Below, in pieces: positions 48,801 to 62,592 of a stretch of DNA of 64,000 bases (position 1 is the first letter of the stretch; each line of letters begins with the position of its first letter). The notes beneath the pieces are model-generated. The model saw only the letters and a list, made by a program, of their open reading frames with translations, made no database searches and was not told where the DNA came from. A program made the position numbers and the translations under genes. Where the stretch lies: positions 29,140,001 to 29,204,000 of the forward strand of contig CM022670.1 in the NCBI GenBank assembly GCA_012295275.1. Direction: 5' to 3'. This DNA comes from Chrysomallon squamiferum. Lineage: Eukaryota > Animalia > Mollusca.

Positions 48801-51800
48801 CTTAAGAAGAAATAAACACCCCTGTTGATGCTTGTCAATGAGACCCCCAAAATATAATAGGTTCGAAGGTTATGTGTTACTGGGACATGTTACATAGCAA
48901 AGCAATAACATGCTCTTTGCACAAAAGTCTTAAAGCTTTATTTCTGAACAAATGCTAGATTTTTTATAAAATAAAACCAATTACACAATTACAATCAGCC
49001 ATTCAGTCATGTTAACCAGGTCACTGTATGCAGCAGTAAACAGAAATTGTCATGATTTTAAAGATATTCAACCTTGCTGGTTTTTGTTTATCACAAAGAA
49101 ATCTATTTTGTATTTGGAAACTGTGATCAAGCATCTAACCACAGGTATATTTTATATGACATGATTTAACCAAAAAAATTGTTCATGCAATCCCTAAAAA
49201 GGGTGCCCGATTTATTTATAATCCATACATTTAACTGGGTGTCTTTGAGCAAGAAAATTAAACACACACACACACAATAAAATGTATTGTGCATGCAGTG
49301 TGTCATTGTTTGAAAAACTGTAGTTAAGATTTAATAATGTTACCCTGTGTGAGGGACTGGTCTCCTTAATGTAAGCAAGACTGGGTCTGGTTCTCTACAG
49401 TTTACAAGTTTAGATGCTGGTTTAGATCTAAAAATAAACATTTATACAACAAAATGAAAAGACATATTGTTTAACTCTAAATGACATGATACTTCAGCTT
49501 AAGAGAATTGAAATAGCTAATTTTTATTTATTTTTATATTAATTATTTTTATTATTATTATTATTTTATTTTATATTTTTTTATTTTTTTTTTTTTTTTT
49601 ATGGCTGAAGCATCCTTGAATGCAACTGACAAAAACTGCAAAATTTCGATAATTTGATAATTCACCTGCTCTTTCTAATTGCATTTTAAAATATAATTCA
49701 TATAAATGCCTTGTCTGTTGGAGTTTTTAAAAAAAATCTAAACTGTAGGTACAGTATTATCATGCTACATATTGATCTTTTTTTATTATTAATATTTTTT
49801 AGAATAAACTTCAAATGAAAATTTAAATAAAGTATTAATTTGATTCATTTTATTATTTTTATTTTTAAACTTAATATCTTTAAAATTCATTCTGTGAACA
49901 AAAATGTTTATTTTTAATTCAGTTTTTATTTTAAGGTACTTTTTTAAATATAATTTTGCTTACCTATTATTATTTTTTTTAAATATATTTTCTAACTTTT
50001 CATATTAAAACATACACAGACTAATTTTAATGATACATATAATAAACTCTTGAATGAAGTCATGTGCATGTTCACACACACACACACACACACCTATATA
50101 AAATTACAAATTAATAAAACTTAATAAAATCTGTATGTACATAAATATGAACAACATACAAATATACCACTCAGACACATATATGTATGTCATTGGATTT
50201 CTATGGACAGGTGATGATCCACATAAAATTATTTTCATGATCACTATTTTATCTCATTACATTGACTTTTGTTGCTTACTAGAATAAGCATGAAAAACAT
50301 GAAAAAAGAAATCATAATACAATAACAAAAGAATTTATTTATGTGATCTGTAATGGCTGAAGAAACATGAATGACTGACTTGTTTTGCTTGTTAATAGCA
50401 GTCATGTGTTACTAATAGTAATTACACACATTTTTGGGTTGGATGTAAATTCAGTCAGATAAATGAAAAGTCATCTTGCTAAAGACCAGGAACACTTCAG
50501 TGAAGTTTCTTTTATTAATGAGGCCTGTAACTACCCCATGAAAAAATGTCAGATGTTTCAATAATATACACTTTTATAGAAAACATTTTCAACAAGATTA
50601 TAAAATGGCAGAAGCTATTGATTAAAACATTTTTATGGATGCTTTATAAACCACTCTAGGTGAATCAGAAAGTTATATGCTGTAATTTAAAATGATAGCA
50701 AACATCTGAAATATCGTGAAATTTGTTTTATAAATCCAGTGTAAAATAAACATCAGTAACTCTATCAGCATGTGCCCATTTTTTTTTTTTTTTATTGAAC
50801 AAAATAATCCAGTGCATGTTGCTTGGAACATCTTTAAAGATGGCTCGCAAAAGGACACAAACATACAAGTCTCAAATAGACAAGTCTTAGTGATTTCAGA
50901 CACTCCAGCAATTAAAACATAACTGACAAAGCCTTTCAATTCAGTAGATGTATTGGTACAGGATGAAACATCTTGTGTTCAGTGTATAAAGGTAAACATG
51001 CATATTAAATTTTGTTTGAAACACTGGGACCACATAATTCATCATAAGTCAAACATGAATGAGGTAAACATTAACATTAAATTTACTATCATTTGGTTTG
51101 AAACACTGGCACTTGATAGTTCACCGTATATTCAACTTAATTGATAGTAAATACTTATATTAAATTTGCTACTATTTGATTTGGCCAGACTAGGATATTT
51201 GCCAAAGTGTTCCTTTTGTAGATGGATAAAAGTTTATAGTGAATATGTAAAATAAAGCTTTGTTCATAAACATGAATAAAACCTGTTAAAAATAGTTTTT
51301 TGTTAATGCACAGTATTCAACTAATGCATCAAAGAAGTACCTCATTATTTTCTTTTTCTACTAACAAAATAAATGCTTGTATTCAAATTCTGCTGCCAAA
51401 CATTAAGTTCAGAATGATACACTGTTGATGAAAATTCATCACTTGTTTGTTTAACTTCAGTTTGTTCTTTTTACTAGCAGGGATGATCTAGGAAAGTTCA
51501 TATTTTCAGACTGTTAATATTACTAGACTAACACATAGTCTAAATTGTATACTGGAAACTAACTGTTTATTAAAACTAAACTTTTTTTTTTTCCGCTTTC
51601 TTTTTTCAATTATTGTATTAATATTTTTCTTCAATAGATTTGTATATTCAGTAGTAAATGAACAGGGTTTAGGCAAACTGGGCTGTAGATAAATTCATTA
51701 CAGGTATACTACATTGTAAATAAACTTACTGCAGGCAAACTATCAAATGTAATTATAGATAGGCTGAACTGGATAGCACCATTGCATGACTAATCATTAA

Positions 51801-54800
51801 ATGAAATGTAATAAATATCATTTTTAATATGTTTGTTTAATTATTGTCTTGTTCAATATATATATTGAAAAAAAGAAATGCAAAAGTAGATTTTATTGAC
51901 ATTGGGAATATCTATCTAATGGATCAACAGAAAGCAGCAGAATGTTCACATTTTACACACATTTTCGCTGTTCATTAATATTGAAGAGGTTAAAGTTCAA
52001 GGTTATAACAGTATAATATCAATACCTTGTGTGCCCACCATGGGAGTCCAGAACTGCCTGACATCTCCTTCTCATGGCAGTAAGGACATTACAAATTACG
52101 AATTACACATTGTGGAATGGTGGCCCAGTCTGTCTATAGTAATAATGCCAACTGAGCATGATTCTGTGGCTGTGGTTGATGCTGCCTCAGTCGTCTATCC
52201 AACTTGTCCCATAAATGCTCTATAGGAGTCGGATCTGGAGATTTAGAGGGCCAGGGCAGGATCTGAATGTTATTGTTGTGTAGGTATGCTGTTGTGAGTC
52301 TGGCTGTATGTGGTCTCGCATTGTTATGCTGGAATACAGTGTTACCATTATTCATAATTGGAGCAACATGCAGCTGCAAAATTTCATCTTGGTGTCTCTG
52401 TGCTGTTAAGTTGCCTTGGATGTGAACCAGGTTGGTCCTGCAAGTGTATGAGATTGCTGCCCACACCCTCACACTACCACTGCCAAATCTGTCAGCTTCC
52501 TGTATGCAGTTTGTAGCAAAACGTTCACCACGACGTCTGTAAACTCGACATCTTTCATCAGCTCGACAAAGCAGAAATCCAGCCTCGTCACTAAACCAGA
52601 CAGTTCTCCATCATAATTGAGGCCACATTCTGTGCACTTAACACACTGACGTTGTAGTCGATGATGTTGATGAGTCAAAACCACTTTTCTTACAGACTGT
52701 CTGGCTCGAATACCTGCCGCATGTAAATGATTGTGCACTGTCTGAGCCGATATTCTACGCAGACCTGGTATTGCTGAAGCAGTAGAGGTAGCCGTGGTGG
52801 TTCTTTCCCGTAGATGAAGTACCCGTATGTAGCGGTCCTGGGTCCTGGTGATTACACGTGGTCTACCTGATCTGGGACGGTCAAGTGTTGTTTGGTGTTG
52901 CTGGAACCGATACCACGTTCTCAAGAAGATGCTTGGGGATACGTGGAACACCAGGGCTACAGCCGAGAAGGATTCGCCAGCTTGTAAACAGTCACTGATG
53001 TTGTTTCGTTGTGGTTCACTCAGTCGTGGTGTTTGTTTGATGTTGGGTCAGAACAAAAATAATGAACAGAAGTATTCAAAAGCCTTGCATTTTTATAACC
53101 CTCATATTCAAGTTTCATGTGCCGCACATGCATATGCACTGGAAAAGTGGTTTGCATGTGGGGATATTTTGGCTAATAAACACGATCGTAGCCTTTATTT
53201 TGTGTTACCTGCTTTTTGGCGACTGTCACAAAAGCTATACATTTGAATCATCAAATGTCATTATATTAATAGTTTGTACATCGATATGTGTCAGTTTACA
53301 ATAGTTATCTAAGAAAGCAACCATTTTGCATTTCTTTTTTGGGAGAGTAAATATATATATATTTATCTGATATTTTCTGAATTGTATCTGCATTGATTGA
53401 TTGGTAAACTACTTAATTGTAGTTATATTTCTTTATTCACATATAGTAACAGCCTGGAATCAGCAGGCCTGTGGTATCAGTCTATCAGTTAATTAACATA
53501 CAGGCTATATACATTTAACACATAATATGATCAAATCTGTAGGAGTCATTTCTCATTGCTTTGATTAAGAATGTTTAATTATACAGTTCTCATTTAAAGA
53601 AACACCCAGTATCTGTTCTAATTTTTATGTATATATATTTTTTCCTCAAATATTTAGTTACTGACCTGTAGGAAAATGTCAAATATTTCAGTAATACCTT
53701 TTTACAAAAAACAAATTTCAACAAATTATAAAATGCCAGCAGATCTTTATATTATGTATGTATGTGAGATTCAGAACTCTGAATTGAGTTTCTTTTTAAT
53801 TGATTTTGTCTGATATTTTTTATATAAATTAAGGCAGATGTTGCATGTGAAATTTATGGACATCAATATTTTTATATCTTTACAGAAAGCAGCACCTCGC
53901 ACTTCTCCTCCTCTGCCATTCAGAATTGCCAAAGCGTTGGATCCAGTTCTCTTTAGAAATGTAGAGCTGGATATTATACAGGAAGAAAAAAGAGGTATGC
54001 TGGTTTGTAAATGTTGTCTGCATTTCCAGATTTTTTAAAGATTTAATATACAATGTGAAAACAAAATATATATATATATATAATATATTTAAAAAATGAA
54101 AGTTATTACATAAGTCAGTCTTAGTGAAAATGATAGTGTCTAACTGTAATTCTACATAACTACATCTTTCTATGTGCATATGTACTGTATGTATGTTTCT
54201 CTCTATATCAGTCTATAAACTCTAACCTTACATACTAATAATCAAACATAGATCTTTATCAAAATTCCTAAAAAGTGGGATTCTTCTAGCAGTAATTGTT
54301 ACCACATTCTTTAGGTCAGTGGTTGTTAATCATCGGTACCTGTATCACCTGAGTTTATAAAACCTCAAAGATATTCTCCTTTTATATACTTAATATTTAC
54401 AAATTATTACACCTGTAGGTGAACTTAACTTTTTAACTTTGTTTTTATATATTGATTTTTTACAATAAATATATAGAATATATTATTAAGTTTAAAGATG
54501 AATGAGAATTTCTTTTTTTTTCTATTTGAATTTTATTTAAATAAATATAGTTATTGAAAGTTTTTGTGAAATTACAAAATGTATAATTAAAGAATTTAAG
54601 AACTGCTGTTTTAGGTCTTTTTATAACCAAGTTTCACATCTGTAACAAAAATTCATTTTTATCCTTTGTTCTGTTCTTGAAATTTCTTAATTTTTTTTTT
54701 TTTTAGTTGCCTTTATGGTGTATTTAATTTGTTGTTTTTTTAGATGCAAAGCTGCAAGGCCTGAAGAAAACACTGCATGCAGAATTTTCACCTGGTGACA

Positions 54801-54808
54801 AATGTCAG
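36829..54808 (+). CDS. OTUD4: OTU-domain deubiquitinase OTUD4/ALG13/otu-like, multi-exon, 3'-incomplete in this window
   Basis: Exons 36829(or 36850)-36936 (MDAYLSRLGLCRKTIARDGSCIFRAVSEK, catalytic Cys), 40671-40757, 43181-43227 (EWQGHVEMMVLSRLY), 43659-43731 (IDFIIF), 44087-44168 (IFLCFTDGVHFDIVYP, catalytic His/Asp), 44624-44750 (IVYELLY), 46579-46609, 53886-53994 (PLPFRIAKALDPVLFRNVELD), 54744-54808 (FSPGDKCQ, start of Tudor region). All GT-AG and phase-consistent; collinear with vertebrate OTUD4. Confidence 0.9.
38756..40318 (+). mobile_element. Non-autonomous internal-deletion derivative of the 6081-9994 MULE, inverted relative to it, in OTUD4 intron 1
   Basis: Near-identical reverse complement of both arms of the first copy; own 8-bp TSD AGTAGAAG at 38748-38755 and 40319-40326. 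Deletion junction at ~39410-39413 joins first-copy ~9117 to ~7000. Confidence 0.93.
41611..42477 (-). mobile_element. hAT (Charlie/Buster, ZBED5-like) internally deleted transposon
   Basis: TIRs CAGTGGTTCTCAACC / GGTTGAGAATCACTG; perfect 8-bp TSD CTTTAAAC (41603-41610, 42478-42485). Transposase fragments THCFLHREVLVSK, INYIKSRPLKS, LLMHTEVRWLSKGKVLNRVHEL, YDWIKDPF. Confidence 0.93.
42665..42830 (+). mobile_element. Decayed SINE body fragment
   Basis: AAAGGTCATGGTATGGGCTATCCTGTCTCAGGGATGGTGTATCCAAAAGATC...AAATAAAACATT is related to the 25270-25433 fragment. Confidence 0.45.
44852..45490. mobile_element. Non-autonomous DNA element with long subterminal inverted repeats (superfamily not determined)
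   Basis: Perfect 29-bp inverted repeat CCATCTCAGATTTTTATAAAACTTGGTAT (44894-44922) / ATACCAAGTTTTATAAAAATCTGAGATGG (45429-45457), plus an inner pair ACAAGGATTCCAAATCTGC / GCAGATTTGGAATCCTTGT. Left end GGGGTCATTCCGTGTCAAATCACCC; right terminus appears truncated. Confidence 0.75.
47690..47905. repeat. Degenerate ~40-45-bp minisatellite
   Basis: Recurrent ATTTCATGAC(C/T)...ACATT(C/T)T..ACTGTA(G/A)T unit, about 4-5 copies. Confidence 0.6.
51860..53349 (-). mobile_element. Tc1-family (DD34E) transposon, full-length but decayed
   Basis: TIR cores AAAAAAGAAATGCAAAA (left) / TTTTGCATTTCTTTTTT (right) in TA-rich flanks, enclosing a Tc1 transposase pseudogene. Confidence 0.88.
52019..53033 (-). pseudogene. 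Tc1 transposase pseudogene
   Basis: DRPRSGRPRVIT..QDRYIR, ISAQTV, WFSDE, VWAAISY, FQHNNARPH (catalytic D replaced by N), WPSKSPDPTPIEHLWD, GGHTRY-stop. Start codon lost and frameshifts present. Confidence 0.88.
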
Positions 54809-55874
54809 GTAAGATTTTTAATGAGTGTTTTGAAAATTTACATTTGTAATAAAACTACTATTGCACTTGTCATGTTTGCCTACATTTAAAAATCCAGATT
54901 AGCTGGACAAAAAGATGGTTTTCTTTATAGAAGCTGTTTACAGAATTTAAAAAAAAACAATGAAAAGAAAAAGAAATCTTTACTTTCATCTAAAACATAA
55001 ATTTGTTTTTCATTTCACATACATTGCAGTTTGCTTCTTGCTGATTTGTATAAATCATTTTGTCAACTCTATGTATGCTTTTTTAAAATCGAGGTCAAAT
55101 TTCTTTTTTTCAATGTTAAGATATGATAAAGCAACAAAAAAATGAAGATTCTGTGGGAAAGGGTATAGTTGTGTCGTACAATGTCCTTAAAGCAGATATA
55201 GTCTGCTTGGTGTGTCACAAAATCTTGGCATTGTTGTATTTACCTATTACAGTGTTGTTGTGCAGTCTGTTTGAACTGCTGTTCATGTAGCCATTTGTGA
55301 CCCCATGGCAGAGAGTTTGGCATCCAGAGTTACAGAACTTTATGATCATATGCTTCTCTGAAGCTGCATTTTTTCATTGCAGTACAAAAGTTTTCTATGG
55401 CTACTTTCATGTGAATCAGATCTGTTTTCTAGCATTTTTTGCATCACCATTTGCGTAATTAGTCTTTTTAAATCTCTGATTCTGTAAGAGTAATCTGACA
55501 GCAAAATTTGTTTACATTTTAAAGAATATATGAATATAATTTCAAAATTATTAGACATTTGTTTATACATTTTGACATAAAAAACAGAACATTCATTACT
55601 TTCAGTTTACTGATTAGAATGTAATATTCTATTTCAGTGAATAAAAAGATTAGGTGAGACATGTTTATGAAAAAGATCTGATTTCTTAACTTAAACTATA
55701 GATGTATCTTGGGGCCGAATGGAAGAATAAACATAACTTGCATCACTTTCAATTCATTATGATGCAGAACTCTATTTCAGTATAAATAACAAGGTTACAT
55801 CTCTTATATATATATATAAGATTTTATTTTATAATATAAAACCAGTGATGTATTTTTAGAAAGAAGGGAAATAA

Positions 55875-55930
<56 letters not shown>

Positions 55931-56749
55931 AATCTGTTTTTGTTTTCCCTCCCCAACTTACCAGTGTGTTTATGTGCACATACATGCATTGGCAATTGAA
56001 TGCATGCATGTCAGTGAGTCTGTGAGAGATTAAGGGAGACAAGGTGGAGGTAAAAAAAAATATTAAAGAAAAATGAATTATTTTTATTGTTTCTGTCTTG
56101 GTTAGTTACATTTATGAAAAGAATCAGTCCTTTTTAAGCTGCACTCAACTTCAGTACATATTCAAATCACACGTAGCTGATTTTTAAATTTTTTTATTCT
56201 GTTCAGTCTTTTTCAGTATTTTTGCATTCCAAACAGAGCATTTGATTCATGTAAAACTACATATATTGAATATATTTATTCAAATGTGACATTGACATGT
56301 CTTTTTAAAAAAAACATACGTTGTTGACATTTCTGAAGTAAAAGGATGCAGAGGTAGTTGACACTGAATGCAGTATCCATGCTTCACTAATCATTAATAT
56401 ACTTAAACTTTATAATATGCTCTTTATTAGAAGAGGTCTTTTAAGGGCATGTGAAAATATGTCAAAGTTGTTTATATTTCATTCTCTATTGACGTTAACC
56501 AAAGCATCAAATGCAATAACACCAGATAGTTTTTACCCTTTGATTAAAAAAAGAAAATAATATGATGCTTAACTTTCTACAATTTACTGTATTCAATAAA
56601 TAATTGATAAGCTTGTACAATAATTCCAGCATGTTTACTTACAGCATGTTTACGCACACAGAAACTCCTCTAATTTTTGCACTAGAGACAATTCTTACAA
56701 TTCCCATTGAAGTCATGTGTAGTCATTTACACTTTTGACAAGTTTTTGT

Positions 56750-56985
56750 GAGTTCAGTTTACAGGTAATTCTAGTGATATGCCCTATAGATATTTCTGAT
56801 ATGTTTACCTGCTAGATAATTCTAATAAGTTTACTCTAATATTGTTCTGCAGTATAGTAGTTCTAGTCAGTTTTTTACATTTAGCTTTCAGATAATTTTG
56901 TTGAGTTTACTATATAGATAGTTCTAATGTGTAATATTCTTTATTACACATTTTTAGTAATTTTACTAACTAGGTAAGTTTGTAA
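56750..56985. repeat. Degenerate short-period minisatellite
   Basis: Repeated GTTTAC...AG(A/G)TA(A/G)TTCTA(A/G)T units. Confidence 0.45.
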
Positions 56986-59900
56986 ACAAGTGTAATTTGA
57001 GCATTAATCGGTTCTAGTTAAAGAAATTTCATTAATTTTATTATAATTTTTTTAAACTATAAAAGTCATAATTAGAAGGTAAATAATAAGTATTTTATCT
57101 CAATTTTTGTTTTTACACATGCAGAGGAAATGGGTGGAAAGCTTTATTATCAGAAATGCATAAGAATAGCAACTGCCCAGATATTAGTGTATTAAATGCA
57201 TATAATAATTTCATTTGTATGAACAAGTTATAAATAAAATAAATAAATAAATATATAAAAATAATTTGAAAATAAAAATTACAGTGATAGCATGATATAT
57301 GCCATTGAGATTCCAGTTACCATACTCTGTTAAAATATTTGAATATTTGTTACAGTGAATATTGGTTGAAAGCCCTGTAGTGATTTGCTAGCTTTACATT
57401 GTCACTGACATGATCTAACTTTAGTTATTGTCTGGAGACAGGAGATTCACAGGAAGAGATATTGATTGGTAATCTACAAAAGTGAGTTGTAATCAGAATG
57501 GGTGATGCATGACTTTCAAACTTAGAACAGTCTGCAAAATCTACAGGTATACTCAGCCCTCCATTTAATGGACTTCATTTGCTGGATTTCTGGAAATCTG
57601 GACAAAAACTTTGAAATGTATAAATATTCTTGAATCTTCATTGTGATTCTGACAATAAGATAATGTCAAAACATGAAAACTTAATATGAAGTAGATTTAG
57701 TTGTGTGTTATTCTTCAATGTTAATGTTAATATCGCAAATATTATTTGCAAATCTGAAAATCTGCAATTTTTATTTTCCAGACAACCTTTCACCCATTTT
57801 AGTCCATGAAACAGATGACTGATTGTACGTAATAACATTTTAAATTTTCTTCAGTTAGTTGCAGGGTCATTCATACTTTGTTTAAAAATTGTTTTGGTTT
57901 CTGGAAATCAGCCTTAACCTCGTCAAAATGTTGTACATATTTTCTAATTCTGATTCATATATAATCAGGTTAAGTATTTTGAAAAGTTCACCTAGAAGAT
58001 TTGTTTTTCCTAAAAAAAAAGATTGTGAGTCTCTCTGTCACTTTTAAATAAACAGTTTCTGGTGGCCTTTTAAAATGTTTTACTACTGTTTGAAAACTTA
58101 TAAGCAGAATTACTATGAATTAATATTAATATCAAAGTTTTGGAGGACTCAGTTTTCATGCTCTAATAAATACATCTTTCTCAGGCTCAGTAACCATGTA
58201 CAATTATAAATAATAATAATAAAAAATAAAATAAAATAAAATATCAGGGTACCTAGAAGCTATAGAACATACATTTTTTAAAGTATTTTGAGAAAAACTT
58301 GTTTTGGAAGAAACTTTATTTTTTTATTTTTTATTATTCTTTATTTTTTAAATTGGGCAGCAGGAAAAAGTGAAAATTGTAAAGTGATATATAAATGCAT
58401 TATTTATAGCATAGGTTTGTGTTTTAAATACTCACTGAATAAAATTTTAAGAATGTACACATTTTTTTTTTTTAAATATTTGATGCATAATTGCCATCCA
58501 GTTGAATAATGTCTACATTATTAATGGTTAGAATCCTAATGTCCATTTCTGTAAATCACAAAGTAAGGTAGAAAATAGACGTTTTTTGTTGTATTATTTT
58601 TTAAATGTTTTCTTACTTAGTGAAACTAATCTGAAAAAAATGTCAGATAAAAATGGTAGATTTTCAAATAATATTAAATAAATAAAAAATTCTGATAATG
58701 GCAGTAAATGCTACAAATTGTCTAACAGTGCTGTTGTTGTTGTTAAATTGAAATTGAAAATTACAGAAAAACTAAATCTTACGGTTTAAAAAAATTAAAT
58801 TTGAGGTATATCAATTTTCTGTAATCATGTTCCCCTTTTCATGTCATTTTTTTTCTGTAATCATGTTTACCCATGTATTGCAATAATGTTCATATGAAAC
58901 CAACTGATGTTCATTCAAACATGTTGGATGGTCTTCTATTAAAAAGTACTTTTCAAAACAGGGATGTCTACTTTCTTCCCATACACAGCAATTAAACTTG
59001 TTCCAAAACCTGTTTACTACTATCAGTCCATGTTATACTTAGTTGTTTATAAACATTAAAGCAATGAGATAGTATTCATGCTGCTTATAATTAACTAATT
59101 ATTCTAGCCAACATGTGCATCAAATTGGTCTGGGTAATAAATATTGCTTTTAGATTTTAATCAGAAATGAAGATATAATAGCTAACATTTAAAACTGTAT
59201 TTGTTTTACTGTTAGATTCATAATGTAAACTCACTGGTTTCAAGTTTCCATATTGTTGTCACAGATCCTTTCTTATCAGTATTTAATATTTTACTTAATC
59301 TTGTTTAACTGCATCTACATTTCTGTCTTTCATTTAATTTTTTTAATTTTTTATTATTGATAATGGGTGCCCATAAGAGAAAACACTGAATACAAAGATT
59401 CACCCACTTTATTAATAATTAGTTTTACCCAATTTAATCCAAGAACAAAATATATAAATAATGTAGTAAACACTGAACTTCCAGTTTAATATCAGTGAAT
59501 TACCTTTGAAGATTATTTAGGTACTATCATGATAGAATGTCATATGTCAAGGAACATTAAAATTTTTATTTCTTAATCTACATTCATGGCCCAAAAACTT
59601 CTTTAAGAGTTTAGGAGCTACTGATAAATAAGAGAAAGGTCAATTGGTACAATATCTTTCTATTAAAACAAAATAATAATAAAATAAATAAATAAATTGC
59701 TTATTAAAGATACTAATCATTGTGTTATGTTTGCACATAATGACTATTACCACATCACAATTTTTATACCCTTTTTCTAGTTCCATTTACAACAGTTGAC
59801 TAGAAGTTACCCACAACATCAATGATTTTTCATTGCATATATGAAATCTGCTAATATTAAACTGTATTTACACCCATCTATTAACTGATGAAGGTAGAGA

Positions 59901-62141
59901 TAATTTTATGAGGATATACTTGTTATTTATTATCATAGGAGTCTTTAAGTACAATAAACAGTTTGTGAATTTGGACTGACAGTTATTATTAATTAAAAAA
60001 CATATTGTTAGACCATTTTTTATGATTGTATTTTAATATATAATATTGTTTAGTCCAGCAAGTTTGGACTAGTGTAGTATGTTATCTTGATGGATCAAAG
60101 ATCCAGTAATAATATCGGCTAATTTCAAGTCCTTTTATCTTCTACACCCATATCTACATCCATAGAATGAATATGCTGCTCTGTCTATGTGAATTAACAT
60201 ATTCCAGTAAATGGTTAGATTACTTTAAAAAAAAATATGCATATCATGTCTGAAGACAATTTTATAATGAAAATCTAATATAAACAAAATTGTAAGCATT
60301 GCTTATTTTTATATAGTCAGAATGTGGCTTTAATTTGCAAGAAATAAGGCATATGATATATTTTTTATATTTAGAATGTGTAATCAGTAATAATAATAAA
60401 AATTGCAGAAAATGCAAAAAAACCTTTTTTCTAATCATCCATTTTACATATTTGTTACCATTGTATCTAGTTACTATGCTCCCATCCCTGCCTCATATCC
60501 TTGTCCAACAAATTAGATACACACAGGAACTTCTTTTTTCATCATCAGTTTTGAAGCAAACAGCAAACATTAATTTATATATGATCAATATGAATCATGA
60601 TTTTAAAAAGTAAGTTTTCAACTGCTGTCAGTTGTGATCTCTAATCATTTGCTTTTAGCATCTTTATATGTGTAGATATCTGAATACACCTGTATGTACT
60701 GGATGCATAGCCTGTTCCAAAGAAACAAACAAAAACAGGTGTGTCACAAGGAAGAGTATGCATCTTTCTTTATACTGAGGTATGAAGCATTTTTGTTGAC
60801 ATTACAATTCCAAAGTTTGATTATAGATTTTTGTAAGTATGTTTAATCTTATCTTCATATTATATTTTATAATAAATCCCTGAATAATTAATACATAACA
60901 GATTATTACAAACATTAATCATATGCAGAAGATGCATCTGGCAGGCACCTCAGATTTTGGAGAAAGATTTTGTTTTTTGTTTGACTGAAAATAATTTGAA
61001 CTTAAAATCTGTTGTGCCTAGCACAAGGTGGGTATTTCACATTTGGATCAGTTTCTTGTTTTAGACTGTCATTTTTATTAGTAAAGATAAAGAATTGTTT
61101 TTTAATATTTTCAGAATTCTTTTTCATACTTTAGTAACAGCACTTAATTGTTTGGCAGATTTAAAGATATCTTTAAAAATACATCATCTTTATATTTCAT
61201 ACAAATGCAGTGCATTCAATCTTCAAAAAACAGGAAGTGGCATACAAAAGCCACTGGGAGGGGTATTTATAACAACACTTCTTACTGATCTAGTGCTCTT
61301 AATGACATATTAGTATCAAAGTAGGTGTAAATGATTTTTTTATTATTACTGTATTTTGTAAGATCATGAATTACTCTATCCTGAAGACTTACCTGGGTCA
61401 ATGATATTGGTGTTTCTGTCAAAGTTCAACTAGTAAAATGAGGTTTGATATACAATACTTTGTTTTCTAGTAAAATGAAATTTATGGCCATATAATGACA
61501 ATCAATGAGACAGAAATGCATGCTTACTTGAACATTTATAAGTTTTATTGTGTGCATGCATGTGCGTGTGTGTGAAATTTGTTTTTATATAACTAGCTCA
61601 GAATAAATGCTGAATCATAGATTCAGAAACAAAACTACCATTACTCTTTACAAAGTTGTACTGTTATTAAAAAGTAACAACAGATTACAGGACTGCCATG
61701 TATACCCACGTTACTAATGACTAATTGTTGATGAGAAATGATGCTTGACAAATGCCAGGTTACTCTTTAAGTTTAGGAACTACCACATAAACAGAAGAGA
61801 AATCTGCCTTGAGACAGTCTATTTTCATGGATCATTCCTAATTTAAATAAATATCAAAAAGAATATAAAGTTGAAAAGTTTGAGTTGTGATAAAAAATGA
61901 ATTAATTTTCAATAAATGTGTCATGTGAAGCATACATCAGAGAATGCAAGGTGTAAGTAATGGAAATAATTTCTAACGAGGCCAGCATATAAAAGGTATT
62001 TCATATAATATTCCTTGTTACTATATCATTTATGATTTAATCCATTATAAAATAAAATAACAGTAAAGATGTTAAATCACTATTTGTGCAAACTGAAGTG
62101 TGCACTGTACACACCAGTTTTTTTCTTCTTTTATATTTTTA

Positions 62142-62194
<53 letters not shown>

Positions 62195-62545
62195 TATAGA
62201 GTTCCATAACATTTGCTTTATTTTGGACAAATCTCATTCCATCCTGTAAGTCCCGGTACAGCAGACGTGGCTAACGTCACTGTTCATCAACTCCACTGTG
62301 AGTGATGAAAGGCTAGTTTTCATGTGAAATTCGACTAGCTCTCTTTTTTTCCTTTTTTTAATTTAAATAGAAACTGCACCTGCAACTGTTACATTATTAA
62401 TTTAATTGATTTGTTAGTAAATCATATGCATTTAATGTATGTTTACATAGGTACATATGTATTTATACACACAAGAAAGAGCAATCAGTTTATGTACACA
62501 TTAACAAACATACAAATTTATATTGTAATGTACTAACTTTGTTAC

Positions 62546-62592
<47 letters not shown>

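Noticed and set aside
50673-50939. 88-aa minus-strand ORF
   Set aside because: No domain features, runs through a poly-A tract, no clear splice context.
62196-62345. CpG-containing block next to an (ATT)n tract, possibly a retroposon 3' end or an exon
   Set aside because: No second copy in the window and no recognisable coding or tRNA motif.
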